64,000 bases of DNA from Raillietiella orientalis (lineage: Eukaryota). The notes under the pieces were generated by a model, which had not been told where the DNA came from, searched no databases, and saw only the letters and a list, made by a program, of their open reading frames with translations. Below, one piece after another: positions 1 through 13,100 of this stretch. Made by a program: the position numbers and the translations under genes. The DNA lies in NCBI GenBank assembly GCA_036172245.1, contig JAYWIR010000014.1, positions 3,782,001 to 3,846,000 of the forward strand, in the 5' to 3' direction. Every line of letters begins with the position of its first letter. Position 1 is the stretch's first letter.

Positions 1-420
1 GACAGTTATGAAGAAGCTGCACTTTTTAAAATCCACATCGTAATGAATTAAAATATTATGAAAAAAGCAATTGAGAAACAGTTATACTGCAGTGTTGCTC
101 TAATTACATTTATTCTAATTGCAGATTTATTCATGCTTAAATGATTAATTGTAATAGTTGGAATAAAAAATAACTCAGATCATTTCCATGAAATTATTCT
201 TAAATTGAGCCTGGACAAATTGTGTGCTATCTGTGTCACAAGTCAGTTGATCACTTTTTACCACACTAGTGTTTGATGTTCCGGAAAAAATTTTCAGAAT
301 AAAAATTCGCTCTTTTGTGGAAGTTATAATAATTCGGCTGACTATGAAAGAATCAGATGATCCAAAAATGCGTGAAGAAGCCACCCATATGAGCTTTCAG
401 ATAGAGTCGGCATGAAAATA
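1..420 (+). pseudogene. Possible heavily decayed glycogenin-like fragment (third copy), truncated by the window edge
   Basis: Pieces in shifting frames read DSYEEAALFKIHI / ELKYYEK, then after a ttgcag acceptor IYSCLND...DHFHEIILKLSLDK. This echoes the TKLHCW-LTQYEK / xLxxIDDLF / DCFNSGVFVYQPS order seen in the two clearer copies, but with several stops and frameshifts. By-eye similarity only. Confidence 0.25.
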
Positions 421-1546
421 TGCAAATTTCTCCTGAATTACTCTCTTCTAAGAAATGTTCATGTTGCAATTAGGAAGTAGGTTGCATGATGATTAGTCTG
501 TTAGAAGACTTTGTGATGATGATTTTGTCTTGGAGCTGTATTTTTAAGGCTAGACACTACCAGAAGTGCAGTGCATACATCCATTGATTTGTTTTGTTTT
601 ATTTATTTATTTTTTAGCATTTCTGTTTCCTCTGATTGGTTTATAACTCCTTCAAAATTTTCATTCATAACTTTCTTCCTTTGCATCTGTATTTATGTAG
701 GTCTTGACTCATAATTACACTGATCAGAGGCATGTAAGAGCTTGAACCCCGATTCATTGGTTAAGAATAATTATTTATTTCTTAAATAAACCAAAGTACT
801 TGAATTTTAAGAACGCTTAGAAAGTACCAAAAAATTAAATGAATGTATAGTTGTTGATTTGTCCGCTTTTCTAGATTGATATAGAACTTTTTATGCATTG
901 TTTACAGTATTTAATTATGATTTGAAGACCAATTATGAACAAGGCTGCCATGAGGATCAACAGTGATGTTCAGCTTGAGTTTTTGGTGTGCCATAGGGAA
1001 CACCTGTGTTACTCAGTGTACATTTGATCCGAATGAGTCTATCATTATTTGACTCCACAGCAGTGTTGTAGTGAGAATCTCTGAGGAATATTTTGAAAGC
1101 ATATAATATTTTTTTTAAAAAAAAAGTATGGTCCCTGAGCAATCACTTGCTCCATATACAGTGACAGTCAATATTTAAATAAGTTTGTATGATTGATGCT
1201 CACAAATGTTGTCCAGTTATTTGTTAACATGATTGCGTAAGTAAGTTAATTAAATTTATTTTATATTTAATTGTTTAAGTATTTTAGTATTTTGTTAAAC
1301 ATGTTTTGAGAGAAAGTATTTGCTTAAAATGGATTTTTTTATGAGTGATTATTGCTTTCAGTTATTACTTCCAGAAATAAGCATGTAAAAATTTAATGAG
1401 TGATACTTCTCTTGACTGATTTAGATATTGAAGTTATATATTAAAAACATAGGAATTGAATTTTACTTTGTAATGTTTTACTTTATAGATGAATTTGAGG
1501 AACTAATTTGCCATCAATTATTATCATAGAATAAAATTTATTTTAG

Positions 1547-1747
1547 CCGGAAGATACTCTTGTATATGTAGCTGGCGCATTTGACTTATTCCATGTAGGA
1601 CATCTAAAGTTTCTTCAAAAAGCCAAATCCCATGGACAGTACTTGATTGTTGGTCTATACACAGATCATGAAATAAGCAGTTACAAAGGTTGTCATTATC
1701 CAATAATGAGTCTCCAAGAAAGATTAATGAGCCTGCTTGCATGCAAG
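1547..1747 (+). CDS. PCYT2: Ethanolamine-phosphate cytidylyltransferase, internal exon (second cytidylyltransferase domain); upstream exons lie outside the window or were not recognised
   Basis: ttttag|CCG...AAG|gtatac, 201 nt, phase 0/0. Translates PEDTLVYVAGAFDLFHVGHLKFLQKAKSHGQYLIVGLYTDHEISSYKGCHYPIMSLQERLMSLLACK, with the HxGH motif and YPIM..ER..S.LAC typical of the PCYT2 C-terminal domain. Confidence 0.93.
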
Positions 1748-1868
1748 GTATACTTATTATTTGGAATAACCTTTTATATACAATTCCTTTTTTTTTTAAT
1801 TACCAATTGGATTTGTGAATTCGAAACTTCCTTCAGACCATGCTGCAGTTATTTTGATAGCCAATCTG

Positions 1869-1892
1869 GTGTGTGTGTGTGTGTGTGTGTGT
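1869..1892. repeat. (GT)12 microsatellite
   Basis: Read directly from the sequence. Confidence 0.9.
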
Positions 1893-4800
1893 TTTTAAAA
1901 TAATGGATAGCATTGTAATTTTCTTGGACTGGAATCCAAGGATGGGTTGTTATTGCAATCTTTTTTGGATTCATTTAGAACGTTTGACAACTCCGTATAC
2001 ATGTATGTGCATTTATTTTGAGAAATAATTAAATTGAAATTAAGCAAAAGGCTTTTCAGTTATAAATAAAAAGTAACTTCTTTCTTTATGAGCTATGAAT
2101 TTGAAAATGAACACAAAAAGTAGTTTTTAAAATCCATTTGAATTTATTAAATTAGTAAGAGAGGTATGTGTTCTTGGAATGCCCAATAATGTATTGTGCA
2201 GTGATGTCTAACATTGTTTTGTGCAGAGTTGAAGAGGGTAGTTGTGTAAGAGTTCAGTTAATGTCTCTGGAGAGGGTTTGTAATCTTTCAAATAAAAAGT
2301 TCGAGAAAGTAAAAAGAATAAAATTGGTGTATCTCAATTTCGGAGCAAATAGGGGGAAAAATTCTGAAATTTCAGATCTAAAGTTTCTGTCAGAGATTTT
2401 GCGACAAATAAAGATATTAAAATTGCATCTGTTTCTTGGTACAAACGTGAAGAAACTGTTTTGGAAAGCTACATGAAATAATGAATTGAAGTAATTTATT
2501 TTGTTACACTTGAGAGTAATTGAAGCAAGCATTATTAAAAGGGTGCTATTTGTTTTTGGAATAATGGTATTGCAAACAGATTTTATAACTGTTGATTTAA
2601 CATTCTTAAGATATGTTTATAAAGAGTTCTGCAGGATTTTATGTTCAGCGATCATTTTTTGATTTTCTTTATTTCATGACGTCAAATAAAGAACAGGGAA
2701 TACCTTGAGAATAGAAGTGTAGGTTCGAGTAACATTACAACTATTCTTGTAATTTGATACTGATAGTGTCACTGTTGATGAAATGAAAGCAGCGCAAAAA
2801 GCATTTTTCATTACTTGGTAGATATGTGATGATATTTAGGTATGGTTGTTTTCTGCAGAGAAAATAATAGAATTCTACGGAAATCATGGTAAAAAATTCC
2901 AGAACCTGTGATATCTTTCTCATCATATTATAGTTGAAACAGCTATTGGCAACAAAACTCCATTGGATGCAAAATTAATGCTATCGTCAGTTGATACCAT
3001 TATTTTCGTTGCTATTTGAAATGCAGAATATGTAAGTTTCCTGTGTGATTGATACATCTATCCAGCTCTACAGAACAGTCATCTTGAAACTTGTTCAGAG
3101 CGGAGCATTTGCTTGGTTTATACAAAAATAGTCTGAAGTTCTGAATGCTATAAGGCCTCACATAAGTGCATGTCTCTTTACAATGTTTTGTATTCTCTAG
3201 ATCAAAAGCAGGTAGGGTATGATCGTGATTCCTTTCTTGTGATCCAAAAAGGGTTTGTTTTTTAACAGGAATTCTGAAAGCTCACTTACATGCATGCATG
3301 CATGCAGCTGCAAAAGTGAGCACTATAATGATTTTCTTGGAAGAGGAACGATATCTATTGAACTCTTATTGTACTGGAAAGACCTAAATAACGAAACCAA
3401 TGGTAGAATGAATGCATGAATACATTGTTACACTGCATATCTAAGTATTAATTTAACGATCGGTGGATTACAATGAATATTTAAATCAAATGCAACCTTG
3501 TAACATGGAATTGCTTATAAATCTGTAATACTAAAGGTTGAAAAGATGTACACATAATAGCGATAATAATTCGCATGTATACATCAGAAATTTCGTTTTT
3601 AAGAATGATAGTAGTATCAAATAGTCAGATTGTCTCTTAGAGAAGATACCGAAAGTCGATTTTGATCATGTGACGATGTACTCTGGAGGAACAACTGCTA
3701 TCAAAAAGCAGATTTAGTGGATGAGGAAAGTAGATGAGATCAGAGACTAATTTCCTGAATGGAATTCGATAAACTATGCAGTTAATTTCCGTTTCGGTAA
3801 TAAAAAAAAAAAAAGATTGAGTTTATGTGGGACTTGCATGCATATTTTAAAAAAGATTAAGTTTTAAATTGGTATCAAAAAGCATGTTCTTGTTCAAATA
3901 TCTCCATTCACGCAATGGCCAAAGTAGAATTTTAAAAACAAGATAATAGTGAATTTCATAGAAGAGAGTACAAGGGTGCTTATTTCCGGTTCCTCAGGTT
4001 CCATGTTTGTATGTTTTTGTAAGCCTGCAATTAAAATACCAAGTGTTCCAGCAGGCAGCAGATTAGTGGACGTAGCGATATTCCATTTTAGTAACGTAAG
4101 TTCTGCAGTATTGAAAGTGCAGGTATTCCTTGTTGTATATGTGCCAAGTTAACATAAGTAAATGGTAAGAGAGCATTCGGAACCATTGTGTTAATGACGG
4201 ATCGAAAGTGTGGTTTCTGAAAATACTTCAGCAGGATCTAACGCAAAGTGATGCTATTTGTATGAAATATAATTTGTTCCCCCCCCCCCCCCTTCTTAGT
4301 GTACAGTTGACCAAAGGCTATGACCAAAGAAGAAACGAAATGAACGGACTAACGTTCTCCGACGCTGTAATCGCGGAATTTGGATCTGTGAAACACTATA
4401 AAAGTTAATCACAAGTTTTCAAGAGTTCGGCGATTCAGAGTCTGATCCGTTTGTGATTTTTTTTTTGAAATCCAAAGATTTCAAAAAAAAAAAAAAATTG
4501 TGAGGGTACTTTTTTTTCTTTTTCTTTTTTTTTTTTTTTACGTCAATGAAGCCGTTTTTGCTTTAAGAAATGATTTGGACAAACATTATATATACAACAT
4601 TTGAGAGAGGTAAAGATCGCAGTAACATATCTTAGACATGAGGTTGGACGGATTCACTAGCTATGAAAATCTCGTACTGTTTTTTTTTGGATCAAAAGCA
4701 AAAGCAAAACACAGGCTCCATTTGCATTTTCAAATAGCAGCGAAAAAGTAGTTTTCCCTTTAAAAAGTGGTTCCTTGCACATTCCTCTTGCTAATGGTTT

Positions 4801-5972
4801 GCTACTGCCCTTTGTTATCTCGAACATATAGTTAGAAATTTGTCTTGAGCTTCTGTTTACCTTTCATTGATCAAATCGTTGATCCCATGTCAAGGATTTT
4901 TGAAAGTATTGCAAGTAATAGCTGATTATAACCAATTTTAGAATTTGCTTTCCTACCACGATATTCCAACTTGATGTTGAATCAATCAGCTGAATTCTGA
5001 TAGCTTGAATTTTATTTCTTCTCAAAATCATTTTTTGAAATCAATTGTCTGCAGTTAGCAAAACTGATGTCTTAATAAGTAGGTTTATTTGCTAATCATT
5101 GCATAAATACAATTATTGAAGAATTCAAAGCTCGAATTCAATTCACATGCCATTCAGATTCGCAGTGCGTAAATGTAAGCAAGTGGTGGTCTGCCCCCCA
5201 CCCCCCACCCCACTCCCCCCATGCCTAATATTCTAGCAAATTCAGCTTAAAGTGAAGATGGTCGTATTACCAAACTTAACATCCATTTGTTCCCTATGAC
5301 TACTAGGGCGCTTAAGGACAAGGATTCCCTCTTAATAATAATTCTGATTTTTATTATGAATTCCATCTTTATTCGAATGCCCGAAAGAAATGGTACTTTT
5401 TGTCACTTCACTGCAATGCTTGGGCAAAGTTTTGAATCGTGACTTGTTGCTAATGAGCACATCTTCTGATCAGCGATATCTGGGATGGGGCACACGAAAT
5501 GTTCTTGCGGAAAATTGTGCAAACTTCATAGGTGGGTCTTCTAAAAAGGGACGCCAAAATGGGAAAAATTGATGTGTCACGTATCTCCTCCCCAGAACAC
5601 GGGCTTCATGAGCTTCTTCTTTCAAAGATGTACCTGTACGAATGCGAAGATGCTACTCAATTGCCATGGTTGTTTCTGATGAAAAAGTAGATCTTTTCAT
5701 TAAGTGCTATTTCCTCGTGGTAATACTTCGAAACAGGAATACACAAAATTCCTGCTAATACAATTTCATGAATTTCTCGAACTTTTGTTGCATTTCCCAT
5801 TAGTTAATAGAAATACGTATTTAGTGTGCGTCAATATCCATTAAGTATATTGCTAAATAGGTTAAAAAAAATAAAGCTTTCTATAAAATATTCGAGTCGG
5901 ATTGAATGTTTTTGGGGAGTTCCTTGACTGCTGACTTTTTCTTGCCTTATACACTGGTGTGATCCAGGTTTG

Positions 5973-7722
5973 TTATATAATGGGTATATTAAATGTAATG
6001 GCAGGTTTTACAGTTTTGGGAAGAGAAATCCATTCTCTGAAGTGTTTCTTCAAAACAGAGTTTGCATTCAGTGTTTTCTGGAATTATCATTAATTATTCT
6101 GCGCTCGGATCACACGAGCAAGTTGTCTTACATTGTCTTCAAAGGTTTTTCGTAATTCTCGGTACGTATTAAGAGAAGGTGAGAACACGAACACTTGAAT
6201 CCCCAATTGTCTTTCTGCGAATGGATCGACAGTGCATGACAGTTCAGGAAGCAAAAATAAATCTTCGATCAATTCGTTCAAAACCTGGTTACTATTTACT
6301 ACTCTCATGGCACTATTTTGGTACTTACTGTGCAACTAGGATGTAAGTAGATGCATTTTTCAAAATCGGTAAGGGTCCACAAATGGATGATTGCCGAGGT
6401 GTCTTTCATTTTATCGTCCTTACAACCTTGAACATTAAAAGGAATGATCTTGTCGAAATACTTTTCTAGTCTAAGCCTGGGGAAAGGTTTGCTTGGCTCC
6501 GCCAGTTCGTTCACGTACCATACCTTGTATTTTTGCTGATATTGTTTCCTGTCAAAATATTCAGAGGTACTGTTGTTGGAGTATTTTCTATCAGTGATTT
6601 GGCCATCCTTTCCGCCTCCGTTGCCATGTCTTCATTTAACGCAATGCTTATAAAGCAAAATTTCTTGTTCTGTGCCGGGTCCTCAGACTGTGTGCAGCGT
6701 TGCTTAGCTGAGTTGTCGGCCGGTGTGCAGCCTTTTGCAGAGGTTGCAGAGGTTGCAGAGGGATTGCACTCGGAGTCTCCACAGCTACTTCGTGCAGGCG
6801 TCAAATCATTTTTGTCTGGAGTGGTGTCTTGCAATAACGGAGCTTTTTCTGTAATATTTAAACGTGATTTCATTTACTCATCTTGAAGGTTTTTTTTTTT
6901 TTTTTGGCTGCTGCTGCTGCTGCTGCTGTTAAAAGATTGGGAATACTTACCTCCTTGTGCTTTTTGGATATTTTCGCTGTACTGACATGAAGCGGGGCAC
7001 GTTTGTAAGCTTTCCACCTGGAGTAGAAACTTTGAAATCATTTTAAACTTTCTTTATTTCTAGGCTAGCAAGGCATTTAAGCGTTGCCTTTATTGTTATT
7101 GTGGACGAAATTTATTATAGGACATTCGGTAGTTATCGCACTTTTGATGATATTTGTGCTTATACATATTGATCAATTACTGGATTAGTTATTAAGAAAT
7201 TATTCCCTTTGGATTGTTACCCTTTAAATCCAAAATCGTTTTGGCAATATACGTGAAATGTAAGGCTGTTTGCTTTGAGGTGCTTTCTGTAATAAGTAAC
7301 TGTGGAGGGGGAGAGGGGGAGATTTCAACTGTCTACACATATTTCGCACTGTGCTTATGAACTATCATCAATACCTTATTCAGGAAAGAATTATCACTTT
7401 TACTCTTGCGCTCGGAAAATTTGGCTTCTGCTGCGTTTTCTGAATGCAACTTGCTGTGCATTTGCAATAATTTGTAACCACCAACGGTCACTGCTGCTAT
7501 TGTCCCTAAAGCTATGCCCATTGTAGATATCGAAGATTTTTGTAAACCGGAAACTTGAAACATACTGGTGTCATCCGCAATCTTGTTCGAACTTTCCATT
7601 GAACTATGTTTTCGAATTTTTTTTTGTTTTTCTTTTAATCTTTTCAAAGTGCACTTTTTCCACGCTATCGATGTTAGAACCGAACAAAAAGTGAGGAAAT
7701 TTTCCGTGCTGGTAACGCACAT
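5973..7722 (-). CDS. Glycogenin-like (GT8 family) protein lacking catalytic motifs, copy 1, nested antisense in the PCYT2 intron
   Basis: Exons (minus): 7722 or 7599..7375, 7017..6951, 6848..6524, 6476..6329, 6284..6132, 6077..5973; all GT-AG and phase-compatible (introns 357, 102, 47, 44, 54 nt). Spliced core FCFISIALNEDMATEAERMAKSL...KNTR|LRLEKYFDKIIPF...IIHLWTLTDFEKCIYLHPSCT|VLNELIEDLFLLPELSCTVDP...VFVFSPSLNTYREL...|...VLKKHFREW...ITFNI is colinear with glycogenin (AFVTLTTNDAY..., LHCWSLTQYSKCVFMDAD, IDDLFDREELSAAPDP...VFVYQPSVETY, ILNTFFSSW...FIYNL; recalled from memory). N-terminal hydrophobic segment MGIALGTIAAVTVGGYKLL. Confidence 0.8.
6908..6928. repeat. (CTG/CAG)7 microsatellite next to a poly-T run, inside intron 2 of the glycogenin-like gene
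   Basis: Read directly from the sequence. Confidence 0.85.
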
Positions 7723-9615
7723 TGTTGGCACGTTCGACCCGTTCCATATTTTCCGCCAGGACTTCCGAGATCGTGGGAGGACCGAGCATTTTCAACCGAA
7801 AAACATCCTCCTCCCTTTTTTCTAAATAAAAAAGTTCAAAGCTTTGCCACGTTTACCTTGTTTTAAAAAAAAATTTGTATCAAATCGGAAAAAATATGCA
7901 TTCGTTGAAAAAGCCCATTGAAGCTTTGGGGGGGGGAGAGCACGAAAGTAATAGTTTCGTGTTTTCGCTGTTCATGTATATCCTTTATTCTATTCTATTC
8001 TATCCTATTCTTCTTCTAAAGCAGAAATAATAAGTAAGGAGTGTACTGAAAATGTGCTGAACATTTCATCGAATGGAGCTGTTGATGAGCCATTGATGCG
8101 AAAGATCAGTTGTGCCCCACTCCCCTTTCTTCCCGAATTTACGATTTAAAATTGCAGGCATCTTAAAATGAAAAGGTGTGGTCTTGGTACCTGTTTAAGC
8201 CCAATAGGTTCCAGTCTTTTTTTTTTTTTTTTTTTTTTGAAGCTAAGTCCCAGGGAGAATTTACGAAAAAGGATTTTGTTTTCGTGGTGTTTCGAAACTG
8301 TTACCCATTTTTCGAAAAGCCTTTTCCATTCGTTCTGTATTATTAGGGGAAGGAGTATCCCGGTCCAGGTTTCCTGCTTTCCGTTATGGTTGTATCTGTT
8401 GACGACCCAACACCCCTTTTATATCTAATGTTCTGCATACTCCCGCATATAAATTGAGCCATACTTCTCTTGGGGATTGATGGGTAGGAGCTACACGGAG
8501 CTTTCGTATCGTTCCCTGTATGTGGAAGAGGGACAACCATTTTGTTATTTTGGTTAGACAGGACTTTGTAGTTGGTCTTGATATTCTTCAAATACTGTAC
8601 GATGTTTAAGTTTTGTTTTTCTCCTGGTTGTTGAGGTTTAGGTGTGAATGGTGTTGAGAGATGGGAATGTAAACGCCTCTCAGGATTGATGAAAATTCTA
8701 GTTAGATGGCGATAGAGGAATTCTCACGTCGACTTTCATGAAGTAATTAAACGAAGAATTGCTGAGCGAAACTTCGAGTGTTTTCCTCTAGAATGGAATG
8801 GGATGCATAAAGAAATAGAGAGTATGGTTGGCGAGGAGGGAAAAATTCCAGATTGTCCAAAGCACAGGTGCCTGGGGGCATCCATGCCTTGGAACCCACA
8901 TCTCTTTACGAGAACTTTTAATCTCGTTAAGTATTTGGGGGGCAGCTTTCTTATGATTCTATATGTATTTAGCATTAAGCAGAGGTGCTGATACAAAATT
9001 CGTGTTTCGTACGCAGCGTCTTGAAGTTTTACAAACCATTAACTTTTGCATGAAAGCAACTCTTTAGCCTTCGTTTTTCTGAGGAAGTTTCATCTCTTTT
9101 GGTAAATCCAAAGTAAAGAAGTCTGAAAGAGGCTACCGTTTTCCTTGCAATTCGGGGATCACAATTTTAAAAATATAGTACGTTGTGTTTCCTATATTTT
9201 AAAAACAATCCTTCTTCTATTAATCCTTTTAGATTGAGCGTCATTCACAAATTTTGATAAAAATGACTTTGAAAATTGTATGTATTTTTTTCCCCTTTCG
9301 GTGTCGTGCACCCCAATTATGAGCGAAAGAGCATTGATGAATTCATTACTAAAGGAAGTGATAAGAAGAAGAGAAGAGGAATTTTTCTTTATACGCGTTT
9401 AAGATTAGAATGCAAATGAAAGGAATGAATGGAAGAATTTGCTTTTCTGCTTGATCAATTTGTTGTTGTCCATTTTAAATCCATGTAGATTATGTACTGC
9501 TCACGTGCCTACTTTTTAAAGTAATTCTGTTGTATGCAAAACGCTCCCAAATATGCTAGAATGTATGTTTGTTTGTGTATTTATTTCATACTGAATTTTT
9601 ACTGTTGCATTGCAG

Positions 9616-9969
9616 TATGTCTCGGAGGTTGTTATTGGATCTCCGTACATCGTCACCGAAGAGCTCATAAACCACTTTAGAATTAATGTTGTTTGCCAAG
9701 GAAGCATTTCATACCCCACGAAGAAAGATGGACTGGATCCCTACAAAGTGCCTAAACATCTTGGAATTTTCAGGATTATTGATTCTGGCAGCCGTGTTAC
9801 GACCGACGAGATTGTGTGCCGTATTATCACACAAAAGTGAGGTTCCCCTTCAAATTTGAAGTGTCAATGTCTATCTTTTAGGGAAGCATTTGAACATCGA
9901 AATTACGCCAAAGAAGCAAAGGAATTGCAACTTTACCCGACTTTCAAATGTGCAACATCTTCTCTGTGA
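9616..9969 (+). CDS. PCYT2: Ethanolamine-phosphate cytidylyltransferase, last two exons (9616..9836 and 9882..9969)
   Basis: ttgcag|YVSEVVIGSPYIVTEELINHFRINVVCQG...DPYKVPKHLGIFRIIDSGSRVTTDEIVCRIITQ, then a 45-nt phase-2 intron (gtgagg...ttttag), then KEAFEHRNYAKEAKELQLYPTFKCATSSL-stop. Matches the PCYT2 C-terminus (YVSEVVIGAPY...DPY..PK..GIF..IDSGS..TT..IV.RII..R..Y..RN..KEAKE). Confidence 0.93.
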
Positions 9970-10153
9970 TAATTCAAGTTTTAGTATGGGTGTGTTTTGA
10001 CAAAAAAGTATCTTGGAAACTTCTGTATTCGTTGCACCAATGAGTCATTTTTCTCCTTATGTACATGTTGTATCGTTGGTCCTTTTGTAAAGATTTTATG
10101 ATACTATTTATGTAATCAAGGGGTTTTATAATCTTACATTTTTATCATTTCAT

Positions 10154-10159
10154 AATAAA
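10154..10159 (+). promoter_or_regulatory. Candidate polyadenylation signal of PCYT2
   Basis: AATAAA about 185 nt after the TGA stop. Confidence 0.5.
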
Positions 10160-13100
10160 TGCAAATGCTTTATGTAGAAATTATAATAGAAACCTCGAAG
10201 TCAGATATGCTACTTAGTGCACAGTTTTTCCTTAAATACTCGTTTTTGTTCACAAGAGGTGGACTGATTTTGGCAACCCAAAGTCAGGGTTAAATTTCTG
10301 TTTTATCCGGAAATTGAGGTAAAAAAAGGAAGAGATTCATCTTCCTTTGCTTTCACATCTGTGTTTTTCTTCCGAGCATCCGAAGGCTAGGCAACACTTC
10401 CTTCACGATGTCCTTGTGGATTTCGGAGCATGCTTGAAATCTCGGCCTCATATCTTTTACCAGTGAACCTTGCAAGATCGATTATCTACTCCTCCTTAGG
10501 GGTGCCATTCCCATCTTGTAAGTTGCTCTGCAGCCGCTCGTTTTCCTTTCAAAACCGCAACACACTGTTACTAGCATTGAAAGATAGTCTTTTCATCACC
10601 AAGTGATTGGGTAAGGTTTGCATTCGTGTTCGCTTCCATGATCCATCCGTTGAAGCGGCAGCTGCATTGCATTTATATACCTAGTTTTTACATAAAGAAA
10701 GTTGTCTGTACAGGAAAAAAAAATGCTTCCATGTTCTGTATCGAATTTGTGTTATTTTTCTCATACGGTCAAGACTCGTGCCACATTTAGTTTAAGGCAT
10801 TAAGGTATTTCACAGTGTTCCTGCCGTGTGACCCAACATGTGTGGATTCGAAATAACTCAGAAATAGTTCATTTTGTTTCTAAAGTATCACTATGTTTTC
10901 CTAAAACACAAAGGATGTATTTCGAAATAGCAGAATAAACGAGCTGCTCTTGAAATTCATTAATTCTAGGGACATATGTTGTAGATTCGAAAATTAGTTG
11001 AAAAATCTTCATTCGTTTAAAAGCCTGCATCATCCCTCTTACATTAATTATGGCGAATATCCAGCAAACCATTCATTTCTAATAACAGCTTAAAATTAAA
11101 ATTTAGTAAGGTGCAGCTTATCTTAATTTGAGTTACCTTTATTTTTTTGTTGTTTAATTAATCATTTTTTTTATTTATTGAGTGTGCGTGGGGGGGAGGA
11201 TATTTCATCCAAAGCATTATCCTAAACTGAGTTTTTGTCATTCATCTCTGACTTGATTTTATGAGTAAACTTGTCAGAATTGGCCTAGGTAGATTCATGG
11301 AGGCGGATTCGCAATGAGAATATCATCCATTGAGATTACAAAAATGATCTCTTGAATCACTTTTGAAGCATTAAATGAAGCAAAAAATTATCTGGAAAAC
11401 TGCTGAACATCTTGTGATGGTCATATACATTTTCACAACAATTTAGCATCAGATAGCTAGGTTATAATTAATCAGTGCTTAATTAAGGACCTTTCTAACT
11501 TCCAATTTCTCCTCGTCTGAACCCAGTGCATTATTCCTATGAGCTTACGTGAGGAACAAAGTCTGTTTTCAAGTGCAAAAAGATTGGAAGAACCACTAAA
11601 TTGTCCGAAAAATTCATTTTATTATAGAACTAGAATATGAAGGTAAGCCTGCTCGCAGACTTCATGCATGCATCATGTTGCTAGTGCTGCACAAAGTTCA
11701 AAAGTCCATCCTTCAACTTGCATGTGGAGCCATCTTTTATTGCCTATCTATCGAGCACGTAAACACACAAAAATACACAAATAGGGAAAAATAGACTTCG
11801 TCTTGGACAATCCCCATCATGCTTACTCTCCGAGTAGTCGTTTGACCTTTAAAGTCCCAAACCAAAACAAGATGATATTTTTTGTAACTGTGGCACTAGG
11901 TGCTATACTTTTTCTTGCAAGTGTTACTTGTGTCTTCCATATCACTTTGATAGATCTTCACGTGCATCTCTTGTTTTGACATTTCTTTCAGACGTATTTT
12001 TATGAAGGTGAATGCATTTCTTCAGGATTCAGTCAAATGTTTCAGGCCAGTCTGTGTTTCAGACACATTACGACTTTTATGTTAATGTGAATTAAGCATT
12101 TTAGACTGTTAGACTCCTGTAGAAATCTGAATTCTTCACTTCCATTTTAAAAAAAAATGCAAAGTTACTCAGTTAACTTGATTACCTTATTGCTTAAACT
12201 AGTAAAAAAAGAAAAAAAAGTAAAGAATTGACATCGAGTTTTTACTTTATTCATTTCCAAGCATTGCAGTTTAGCTTCATATAATTAACCCAAGATTTGG
12301 TTTGGGGATTTGCATAATTTTTGTCACTCATCCCAATATACCCGGATTTTTCCCATCGATAATGTATTCCATCACATTGGTAAAACTAGTTTTGTGACAG
12401 CTGAAAATTGTATTTCAGACATGTGATAGTGAATAAAATCAACAAAATATTCTTTTTTAGCCACACGATTGACCAAATTAGTCACTTGAGTGTCCAGAAC
12501 AGAATGTTTCTTAGTATAGAAAATCCACAGAGATGTATTTCAAAATCCTTTTTTTTTATATCCATATATTTTGCTTACCCAATGCATACAATTTATCCAG
12601 TCACTCAAAGTTTATTTCTATATTTAAATATGCCTAGGATTTCTTTGTGGGTATATTTCCAAAGTCTTTAAAACATGCATGAGTAAGCAAATGATTTATG
12701 CTGACTTATATTGTAACTTGTCAAATGATTGTGTTTTTTATCTATGCATGACTGTTTAGTCTCCGTTCCCCTCCCCCCCCCCCTCATATACTGATTTTGA
12801 TTGCATGATCCTACTACGATGCTGTTGGGTGTCTCGTATTTAAGACGTCTAGTGCTTTACAATAACAAGAATTACCAGGAATACGGATACTCGGAACTTT
12901 CTCAATGGTCTGCTTTCACATTCAATTACCTCTTTAAAGTTCAACAAACTATTTCCAATTACTTTTTGGGAGTGTTGGTTTTATAATGTTTAAGAATAAT
13001 TCAGAGAGGGATTCTAAATGAGCCACAGTTCTACAGTCAATTTGCTGATCCGTTTCTGAACTTGTTTTCATTTCATGAAAGAAGCATTTAGAAAATCACG

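Noticed and set aside
6090..6131. ORF-track end VRQLARVIRAQNN-stop as the C-terminus of glycogenin-like copy 1
   Set aside because: AAT|gtaaga is a good donor, and splicing to 6077 restores glycogenin-like alignment, so this stretch is intronic.
10869..11072. Minus ORF with FKRMKIFQLIFESTTYV, vaguely like the GT8 TKL..W.L..Y.K motif
   Set aside because: Similarity is too weak and flanking exons with the shared intron pattern are missing.
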